64,000 bases of DNA from Leptospiria bacterium (GTDB taxonomy: Bacteria; Spirochaetota; Leptospiria; Turneriellales; CBDBES01): contig OZ241995.1 in the NCBI GenBank assembly GCA_965204465.1, positions 1,087,839 to 1,151,838 of the forward strand, written 5' to 3'. The first letter of the stretch is position 1. Each line of letters opens with the position of its first letter. The translations under genes were made by a program, and so were the position numbers. Shown here piece by piece: positions 39,340 through 46,524 of this stretch. The notes under the pieces are model-generated. The model had not been told where the DNA came from, made no database searches, and saw only the letters and a program-made list of their open reading frames with translations.

Positions 39340-39781
39340 CAGACAAAGAGTCATAAAACAGGCAAAACCATTGATTTTCTGGAAAAAAATCCTCACCAAT
39401 TGGCACCAGATCAATTCTTTTTTGCATTAAGGTAACTGGGTTAGAACGAAAACAGAATGCGACACAGGGGATTTTTTATTTTTTTATTAACCATCATATG
39501 TATTTATTGAAGATGTAGGAAATTTTTTTAAATTTTTTTGTTGACAGAATATCAAATAATAATCATTGACTTGGAAAAGACAGGCTAGCCCTAAAATTAA
39601 TAAGGCTTTTGTCTTACTCTAATAGCAAATAAATAAAAGGCTTATTAAAAATAGGGCTTTTGTCTTACTCTAATATCAAATAAATAAAAGACTTATTAAA
39701 AATAAGGCTTTTGTCTTACTCTAATAGCACATAAATAAAAGGCTGACTAAAAAGTAGAAGATATATTAGGAGGATATACTT
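39340..39781 (+). promoter_or_regulatory. Conserved upstream block U3 with a triplicated leader unit
   Basis: TTGACA at 39541-39546. Three 51-bp leader units (39602, 39653, 39704). AGGAGG lies before ATG 39782. Confidence 0.4.
39602..39754 (+). repeat. Leader repeat: 3 x 51 bp, AT-rich
   Basis: Unit (A/G)AGGCTTTTGTCTTACTCTAATA(G/T)CA(A/C)ATAAATAAAAG(G/A)CTTATTAAAAAT. There is one copy in U1 and U2, three here, and two at 44464-44565. Confidence 0.85.
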
Positions 39782-40258
39782 ATGAGATTAAGTTTAAATT
39801 ATGGAAGATTTTCATTTAAAAATTTATTTTTTGTCGCAGTATTAGGTTTGACTATCACCTTTTCTGCATGTATACAGAGTGGGGATACTTTGGGGAATTA
39901 CTCAGATAGCAAAGCTGACATTACATTGATTGATAAAAGTAGTCGGCTATTAAGCGAATCTTTTGTATCTTTGCCTCCTGATGATGTCAATGAAGATGAA
40001 GCAATTCTGATACAAGAGAATAAAGTCGAGCATGCAGAACCTGATTATAATCTGGTAAAAAATTCAAATGGTCTAAACGGAGTAGAAGGGTGGAGGGTAA
40101 CCAAGGAAAAGGGAAATGGTTTTTTTTATCAGGGAAAAAACTCTTCTAATCTGGAATCTGGCAAGTACTTTGGCACATCTTATGGATGGAGTGTCAAAAG
40201 ACAGATCATTGATTTGGAAGCGGAGTGCGTTATGTTGTCTTTAAGCATGCAGGCGTAA
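39782..40258 (+). pseudogene. Lipoprotein signal plus the N-terminal half of an FBA (F-box-associated, glycan-binding type) domain; disrupted 5' part of the protease gene
   Basis: Signal peptide with lipobox-like TFSAC. NLVKNSNGLNGVEGW...GKYFGTSYGWSVKRQIIDLEAE parallels FBXO2 NLLRNPCGEEDLEGW...KKYFASSFEWCRKAQVIDLQAEG. The frame ends 34 nt into the next ORF. Confidence 0.6.
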
Positions 40259-42150
40259 GCAGCAGAGAAGAACCGCAAGAAGATTATTACGGCACACGAA
40301 TGAGGAATGCTACATTAAACATAAGTTTTCCACAAGAATTTTCTATGAAAGAAAGCTCTGTTATTGCAGAAGCTCTGCAAAACAAATTAAATGAGATGTC
40401 AGATCAAGAGATGATACCCGTTTCGGTTCTATGCAGGGATCCGCTGGTTAATGAAAATGATCTTTCCGCCTTTTCCGCTGGTTTCGAGGTGGACCAGGGC
40501 AATATCAAAAATGTTCAACTGGCTTCAAGTGATGAAGAGACGGTATCTGATCTAGAGCTGGTTTCTACTTTAGAGGAACAAGTAGAGATCATGAACCAAA
40601 AAGTCCTTTCTCAGATAAATCAAATGAAAAAGAAAAAAATTGAGGCTTATAGAGAAGATATTGATGAACTCACAGAGATGACGAATATAGATATAATGGG
40701 TCGTTCCTCTGGTGTAGCAGAATCCATTGGATTCGTTAAAGTTGAATTGAGCAAGGCAGAGATAGAAACCATAGCTCAATATGAAAATATCGTACAGACA
40801 ATAGATGTGCAATCAGAAGCAGACAATGACTTGGATTCTGCCTATACAGAGACAAAAATGGACCAGGCCCATCATGTCGAACATGATTCTGCCAGACAAA
40901 CAGGTTCGGGAGTCAATGTCTATATGTCTGAGGCGGATAATAACTGCTTTGACCCAAACACATATAATTTTGGGACCTGGATTCCAGGATATATTCCAGA
41001 TGTTGCATCAACAGGAAGGTATTGGGAGGATCGCCCTACTAGTGATCATGCTACACAAGTTGCTCAATCTCTAGTAGTTACTGCTCCTCATATTACTTTA
41101 TATTGTTCTACTAAGAGTTATCTATTCTCTCGCAGTTTAAAAGATCGGATACATATCATCAACTATTCTTGGACGGATCCCGGGTATGAAGGGGGTGCTG
41201 CTAATACTACTAGCTGGTTACCGCAAGACTCCTTATCCGATAGGTATGTTTGGAGAGATCGGATAGCTATATTTAAGAGTGCTGGTAATAATTGTAATAT
41301 TCCTGAGGGACACTGTCAAGTTACTTCCCCTGGAAAGGCGCACAATGTTATCACGGTTGGTGCTTATGATGATAGAACAGATAGGATGGGTACTTTTTCC
41401 CGTACAGTTGATCCAGAAACAAATGCGATCAAACCTGAGATCGTAGCCCCTGGTGTTTCTCTCCGATTTCCTGCTTCCGTTAATGCAAGTGAAGTCACAT
41501 CTTGGAATAATCATCTTCTTAGCGGTACTAGCTATTCCACTCCTCTGGCGGCCGGTATGGCTGCCTCTGTTACATCAAGATATACTCTACTCAAAAAGCA
41601 ACCTCATTTGATCAAGGCCAGTATGCTTGCTATGTCCGCCAAAGACATTCAAAGCGGGACTAGTGCCGATGGTGTAGGTGCCATTCAATGGAATGAGGAT
41701 GGAAATTATCGTTACTGGTCGAACTATAATAATAATTTTCTGGTAACAGGCGGCTGGAAATTGATTCATGAATATAATGTTTATAGAAACAACAAAAAAG
41801 TCAGGGTCGTCATATCATGGCTCAATGATGTAAATAAATGTGACAGTAGCACAGCTAAATTATGTATGGATATAGATTTAAAAGTTCATGGTCCTAATAA
41901 TGAATATATAGATCATGACTACCGGAATAGCCATGATGATGAATATGCTCCAAATAACATAACGAACAATAACTGGAGAATGGTAGAGTTCACGACAAGA
42001 AAAACAGGTAAATATAAGGTCTATGTATGGCGCCGTAGTAACTGGCATACAAAGACGAAAAGATGCTTTCTGTGGATTTGTTGGGGGCATAAGAAGCATT
42101 ACAGTAAAGTCAACCTGGGTCTTAGAATTGCCTACATTGATTATGATTAA
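40225..42150 (+). CDS. Subtilisin-like (S8) serine protease with an FBA C-terminal remnant, an I9-like propeptide and a C-terminal beta-sandwich domain
   Basis: The N-terminus VRYVVFKHAG...DYYGTRMRNATLNI matches the FBA C-terminus (VRFVRFEHGG..WFGARVTNSSV). Candidate Asp segment GSGVNVYMSEAD, His in SDHATQVAQ, Asn in FKSAGNN, Ser in SGTSYSTPLAAGMAA. No signal peptide in this frame. Confidence 0.8.
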   Translation: MRYVVFKHAGVSSREEPQEDYYGTRMRNATLNISFPQEFSMKESSVIAEALQNKLNEMSDQEMIPVSVLCRDPLVNENDLSAFSAGFEVDQGNIKNVQLASSDEETVSDLELVSTLEEQVEIMNQKVLSQINQMKKKKIEAYREDIDELTEMTNIDIMGRSSGVAESIGFVKVELSKAEIETIAQYENIVQTIDVQSEADNDLDSAYTETKMDQAHHVEHDSARQTGSGVNVYMSEADNNCFDPNTYNFGTWIPGYIPDVASTGRYWEDRPTSDHATQVAQSLVVTAPHITLYCSTKSYLFSRSLKDRIHIINYSWTDPGYEGGAANTTSWLPQDSLSDRYVWRDRIAIFKSAGNNCNIPEGHCQVTSPGKAHNVITVGAYDDRTDRMGTFSRTVDPETNAIKPEIVAPGVSLRFPASVNASEVTSWNNHLLSGTSYSTPLAAGMAASVTSRYTLLKKQPHLIKASMLAMSAKDIQSGTSADGVGAIQWNEDGNYRYWSNYNNNFLVTGGWKLIHEYNVYRNNKKVRVVISWLNDVNKCDSSTAKLCMDIDLKVHGPNNEYIDHDYRNSHDDEYAPNNITNNNWRMVEFTTRKTGKYKVYVWRRSNWHTKTKRCFLWICWGHKKHYSKVNLGLRIAYIDYD

Positions 42151-42170
42151 AGAATCTGGTTTTTAAAACA

Positions 42171-42635
42171 ATGACCATTTTTACTAAAAATATTTTTTTA
42201 TTTTATTTTACCTTTAATAGTATTCTATGCTCGGAAATTGTAGATGATCAAACATCTAGATCAGATAAAGGTCTTCCTGTCTTCATTGAAGAGATCATTG
42301 CCCCTGAACAGGTTTCCTCTTCTGAAACAAGTTTTGATATTCGATTGAAAGGCAATACTTCTAAATCTGATATAAATTGCTCAAAAATTCAATACAATGC
42401 TACAGTGACGGAAACCAGTCTAAATTTATCCGTGGAAAGAGTTGCTCCGCCGCCCTTTCGGCTAGACGATGGTTCTATTTCTACTGCTTGCAATGATCAA
42501 GTAGTCCCTTTTGGTGAAAGGATTTATACGGTAAAGGCAAATCCTCATTTTGCTTTGGGTGACTTTTTGATCACTATTCAAAATCCAGATTATCAAGGTG
42601 ATGATCTTCAAAAAGTAGTGAAGATCGTCGAATAA
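42171..42635 (+). CDS. Small secreted/lipoprotein S1 downstream of the protease
   Basis: Hydrophobic N-terminus ending in SILC. Paralog of S2, sharing the blocks SSSETSFDIRLKGNTSKSDINC and VPFGER.YTVKANP.FALGDF.ITIQNPD..GDDLQKVVKIVE. Confidence 0.65.
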   Translation: MTIFTKNIFLFYFTFNSILCSEIVDDQTSRSDKGLPVFIEEIIAPEQVSSSETSFDIRLKGNTSKSDINCSKIQYNATVTETSLNLSVERVAPPPFRLDDGSISTACNDQVVPFGERIYTVKANPHFALGDFLITIQNPDYQGDDLQKVVKIVE

Positions 42636-42711
42636 TGATCTTTCAAAAGAAACAGAATTTAATTGAAAGAAATCCATTCAATTCATCTATGATGGATCAA
42701 ATATCCCCCCC

Positions 42712-42813
42712 TTGTTCACCCAAATGGCACTGCACTAGCAGTTGCACTGCCAGCTTAGCATTTCTTTTCACCCAAGGGCACTGCGCTGGCAGTTGCACTG
42801 CCAGCTTAGCATT
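42712..42813 (+). repeat. Array R4: 2 copies of the 51-bp unit, cut mid-unit
   Basis: Ends ...GCCAGCTTAGCATT and is joined directly to AATATAATGTTTATAG, which equals 41771 onward. Confidence 0.9.
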
Positions 42814-43220
42814 AATATAATGTTTATAGAAACAACAAAAAAATCAGGGTCGTCATATCATGGCTCAATGATGTAAATAAATGTGACAGTAGCACAGCTA
42901 AATTATGTATGGATTTAGATTTAAAAGTTCATGGTCCTAATAATGAATATATAGATCATGACTACCGGAATAGCCATGATGATGTATATGCTCCAAATAA
43001 CATAACGAACAATAACTGGAGAATGGTAGAGTTCACGACAAGAAAAACAGGTAAATATAAGATTTATGTATGGCGCCGTAGTAACCGGTATTTATCAGTG
43101 AGGCTATGCAGCCCATTTTTTTCTAGTCGGCCTTTTTTTGTGGGGTGTCGTTCTACAGAAATCAGGGTCTACAATAAAGTCAACCTGGGTCTTAGAATTG
43201 CCTACATTGATTATGATTAA
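42814..43220 (+). pseudogene. Duplicated 3' fragment of the S8 protease gene (no start; corresponds to 41771-42150)
   Basis: In-frame YNVYRNNKKIRVVISWLNDVNKCDSSTAKLCMDLDLKVHGPNN... is preceded by TAA. It is identical to the parent except for a replaced in-frame segment (43086-43175 versus about 42043-42105). Confidence 0.85.
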
Positions 43221-43632
43221 GTGGATCATTTTTTCTTCTTTAATTTTTGTTTCTTCTTCATGCTCTGAGTCTCCTGAGTCTGAGACTCAATATAGCATTA
43301 AGAATATCTATATTGAAGAAGTGGATGTTCCCAGAGAAGTTTCCTCTTCTGAAACAAGTTTTGATATTCGATTGAAAGGCAATACTTCTAAATCTGATAT
43401 AAATTGCGAAGAAATCCGATATGAGTCTATAATAAGCAAAACAAGTCTGAAATTAGCAGTAAAAGGATATAGTTATCCTAGACTATGTAGTGCATTGATA
43501 GTTCCCTTTGGCGAAAGGGTTTATACGGTAAAGGCAAATCCTTATTTTGCTCTGGGTGATTTTATGATCACCATTCAAAATCCAGATCGTGCAGGTGATG
43601 ATCTTCAAAAAGTAGTGAAGATCGTCGAATAA
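43213..43632 (+). CDS. Small lipoprotein S2 (paralog of S1)
   Basis: MIKWIIFSSLIFVSSSC signal/lipobox. The ATG overlaps the stop of the protease fragment. The track start at 43138 is an upstream read-in. Confidence 0.65.
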   Translation: MIKWIIFSSLIFVSSSCSESPESETQYSIKNIYIEEVDVPREVSSSETSFDIRLKGNTSKSDINCEEIRYESIISKTSLKLAVKGYSYPRLCSALIVPFGERVYTVKANPYFALGDFMITIQNPDRAGDDLQKVVKIVE

Positions 43633-43708
43633 TGATCTTTCAAAAGAAACAGAATTTAATTAAAATAAATCCATTCAATTCATCTATGATGGATCAAATA
43701 TCCCCCCC

Positions 43709-44035
43709 TTGTTCACCCAAATGGCACTGCACTAGCAGTTGCACTGCCAGCTTAGCATTTCTTTTCACCAAAAGGGCACTGCGCTGGCAGTTGCACTGCT
43801 AGCTTAGCATTTCTTTTCACCAAAAGGGCACTGCGCTGGCAGTTGCACTGCTAGCTTAGCATTTCTTTTCACCCAAGGGCACTGCGCTGGCAGTTGTACT
43901 GCCAGCTTAGCATTTCTTTTCACCCAAGGGCACTGCGCTAGCAGTTGCACTACTAGCTTAGCATTTCTTTTCACCCAAGGGCACTGCACTGGCGGTTATA
44001 CTGCCAGTTTAGCATTTCTTTTCACCCAGAGGGCA
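43709..44035 (+). repeat. Array R5: about 6.4 copies of the 51-bp unit
   Basis: Same unit and orientation. Point variants between units, e.g. CACCAAAAGGG, TTGTACTGCC, TTGCACTACT. Confidence 0.95.
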
Positions 44036-44400
44036 TAGAAAAATGGAACACCATTCTATTTTCTGTTTTTTCTTCTTCCTAATTTACTCTTGAGTAAGAC
44101 GAACGGTTGGGAACGCAGGCAAGGATGCCTGCGAAATGGAGCGTCTTTGCCATGGATGCAAAACATGGATGTTTTGCAAGGCTGCCTGACCTTACCCCAA
44201 GCACCTGACATCCTATCAGGTCGCTTGCCCCTACAAAACATCCGTGTTTTGTAGGTTACAGGATGTAACCCGTCCAGCCGCTTGTGCAGACGAAGTCTGT
44301 GAACTTCCATGTGAAAAAAGAAAGAAAAATAGCTATTCTTTTTACACAAAAAGACCTGTGCCCGTAGGGTGAAATGGGTAGCAAAGTAGCAGGTTTTTTT
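44036..44400 (+). other. GC-rich multi-hairpin element, copy A (possible structured RNA or MITE-like element)
   Basis: A series of perfect hairpins: CGCAGGCA-AGGA-TGCCTGCG, GCAAAACAT-GG-ATGTTTTGC, ACCTGA-CATCCTA-TCAGGT, CTACAAAACA-TCCG-TGTTTTGTAG and GGTTACA-GGA-TGTAACC. It sits where the gpW module sits in cassettes 1-3. Confidence 0.6.
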
Positions 44401-44579
44401 TGTTGACAGAATATCAAATAATAATCATTGACTTGGAAAAGACAGGCTAGCCCTAAAATTAATAAGGCTTTTGTCTTACTCTAATAGCACATAAATAAAA
44501 GGCTTATTAAAAATAGGGCTTTTGTCTTACTCTAATATCAAATAAACAAAAAGCAACAGAGTTTAGGAGGATAGTCTTT
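44401..44579 (+). promoter_or_regulatory. Conserved upstream block U4 (3' part only) with a duplicated leader unit
   Basis: Starts at TGTTGACAGAATATC (TTGACA 44403-44408). Two 51-bp leader units (44464, 44515). TAGGAGG-N9-ATG. Confidence 0.4.
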
Positions 44580-45644
44580 ATGAACAATAGTAAAAAATTT
44601 ACATTCCAAAAGTGGTTGATCATATTTTTGATGCCTCTTGCTCTTTTATGGCTTGGTTGCACTGATGAAGCCAATACCCCCAATGAGACCAATAAAACTC
44701 AAAGGGAAGCGGGCATTAAATCCCCTGCAAATGGCAGTTCTTTTTCAAAAGGAGAAGATATTTCATTTCAATTAAGTAAAACGGATTTGGATATGCAAGG
44801 CATAGATCTTTATCTGGATAGGCGAAAAATTGATATTCGTCAAGGGGATATGCTACCTGAACTTTCAGTAGGTGAGCATAAACTAAGGTTGGACATAAAC
44901 AACAAAACGGTGGATGAGGTAACCTTTAATGTAACAGAAGCGGAATATACGTTCAGATTCAAATTCAGTTATTTAAATGCGGATGGTGGCCTATATCCAA
45001 GTGCCTGTTTACCTAAGAAAGGTATTCAAACGAGGCTCACAAAACAAGATGATTCCGAATGGAAAGATTTTTTGCCAAATATATTCACCATGAGTAAGGA
45101 ATGGAATGCCTTAACTACTTCCTGGCAAGAGGGAAGGGAAGAATATGGCCCCCCTCCCTGTCTCTTGAATGAAGATAAGGCGCATGCAAATGAAGTTTTT
45201 ATTGACTTCTATATAAAGGCAAATAAAAGTAAGCATCTTTCTAAACCAATATGGATCAATTTTGAATTTCATAGAGAACTGCTTAGTAATAATTTTAAGG
45301 CCGGGCTTTTGATCCGTTCTCTCTCGGAAATGCAAGAACTTCTGGGTTATCGTAACAGGATACCCGAAAGATATCGTATAGATTTTTCAAAAAAGAGTAT
45401 TCTGACTCTAAAGGGCCCTACTATTGATGGATGCGAAATCAGTGGTTGTGGTTTCGCTTCTGCTTATGACATCCTTGCCGCCATTTACGAGTGGAATAAT
45501 AAATTATACATTATGACAAAAGTCGCACCAAAAGAAATATTATATCCCGTGGGTCCTTGTGCTGCATGCTTGCAAGGTTCCAATGCCATCCTAATTCTCG
45601 ATTACGCCAAAGACCTTCCTGTAGAGTTTATAGAGATTCCGTAG
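44580..45644 (+). CDS. Island lipoprotein paralog P4
   Basis: The N-terminal ~115 aa match P2 and the rest matches P3. Lipobox-like LLWLGC. C-terminus DYAKDLPVEFIEIP. Confidence 0.85.
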   Translation: MNNSKKFTFQKWLIIFLMPLALLWLGCTDEANTPNETNKTQREAGIKSPANGSSFSKGEDISFQLSKTDLDMQGIDLYLDRRKIDIRQGDMLPELSVGEHKLRLDINNKTVDEVTFNVTEAEYTFRFKFSYLNADGGLYPSACLPKKGIQTRLTKQDDSEWKDFLPNIFTMSKEWNALTTSWQEGREEYGPPPCLLNEDKAHANEVFIDFYIKANKSKHLSKPIWINFEFHRELLSNNFKAGLLIRSLSEMQELLGYRNRIPERYRIDFSKKSILTLKGPTIDGCEISGCGFASAYDILAAIYEWNNKLYIMTKVAPKEILYPVGPCAACLQGSNAILILDYAKDLPVEFIEIP

Positions 45645-45713
45645 TCTGTATTTTGATCAAAGACAAGCCTAGGAATAGTGGCTTGGCAAGAGAGGATGAT
45701 CCTGATTCACCCC

Positions 45714-45783
45714 TTGTTCACCCAAAGGGCACTGCACTGGCAGTTGCACTGCCAGCTTAGCATTTCTTTTCACCCAGAGGGCA
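45714..45783 (+). repeat. Array R6: about 1.4 copies of the 51-bp unit
   Basis: Has the same start (CCCTTGTTCACCCAAAGGGCACTGCACTGG) and the same exit junction (CACCCAGAGGGCATAGAAAAATGG) as R5. Confidence 0.85.
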
Positions 45784-46264
45784 TAGAAAAATGGAACACC
45801 ATTCTATTTTCTGTTTTTTCTTCTTCCTAATTTACTCTTGAGTAAGACGAACGGTTGGGAACGCAGGCAAGGATGCCTGCGAAATGGAGCGTCTTTGCCA
45901 TGGATGCAAAACATGGATGTTTTGCAAGGCTGGGGATTGGGTTACAGGATGTAACCACCCAGCCTAACTTCTATGGCAAAGTAGCGGGTTTTTTTCACCC
46001 TACGGCACAGGTCTTTGTTTCTTTCTTTTTTTTACATGTAAAACATGGATGTTTTACATGGCTGCCTGACCTTACCCCAAGCACCTGACATCCTATCAGG
46101 TCGCTTGCCCCTACAAAACATCCGTGTTTTGTAGGTTACAGGATGTAACCCGTCCAGCCGCTTGTGCAGACGAAGTCTGTGAACTTCCATGTGAAAAAAG
46201 AAAGAAAAATAGCTATTCTTTTTACACAAAAAGACCTGTGCCCGTAGGGTGAAATGGGTAGCAA
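45784..46264 (+). other. GC-rich multi-hairpin element, copy B, with a ~130-bp internal partial inverted duplication
   Basis: Equals copy A plus an insert at 45933-46062. That insert contains CACCCTACGGCACAGGTCTTT...ACATG, the inverted repeat of CATGT...AAAGACCTGTGCCCGTAGGGTG at 46188-46250. Confidence 0.6.
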
Positions 46265-46524
46265 TACAGGAGAAGACTAAAAAAATAAAAAAGATCTGCA
46301 CCCGTAAATGAGAAGAAAAGTGGAATGCTATTCTAATTATAAGATAAAGTATAACAAATTGCTAGCCTTTTGGGGAGATTACTTGTGCCCACTGCAAATT
46401 ATTTTTTTACTTAAAAATTTTCCTCTGGAATTTTATCTCTTAACTAATTCTATTAGAAAAAAGAATTAGAAAAAGTAGAATAAATTTTTTGTTGAAACAA
46501 AAATATAATGTGACATAATAATTT

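Noticed and set aside
43138-43212. The upstream start of the S2 ORF (MWGVVLQKSG...), and the GTG at 37131 (MAWQER) for P3
   Set aside because: Both extensions read through the preceding gene fragment or the conserved 3' flank. Signal-peptide-like N-termini begin at the internal ATGs (43213; 37149 or 37167).
44056-44349. Arg/Cys-rich ORFs inside the GC-rich hairpin elements (44056..44349, 46032..46301 and 45855..46088)
   Set aside because: They overlap consecutive perfect hairpins. They have no RBS, aberrant composition and different lengths in the two copies. They are better explained as non-coding structured DNA or RNA.
33401-45644. A diversity-generating retroelement (DGR) as the source of the lipoprotein variability
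   Set aside because: No reverse transcriptase and no template/variable repeat pair are present in the window. The substitutions in the hypervariable patch are not adenine-specific.
31949-46264. A classical integron
   Set aside because: There is no intI integrase and no attI/Pc. The boundaries are multi-unit tandem arrays rather than single attC sites, and each cassette carries its own promoter-like block. Only the logic is similar.
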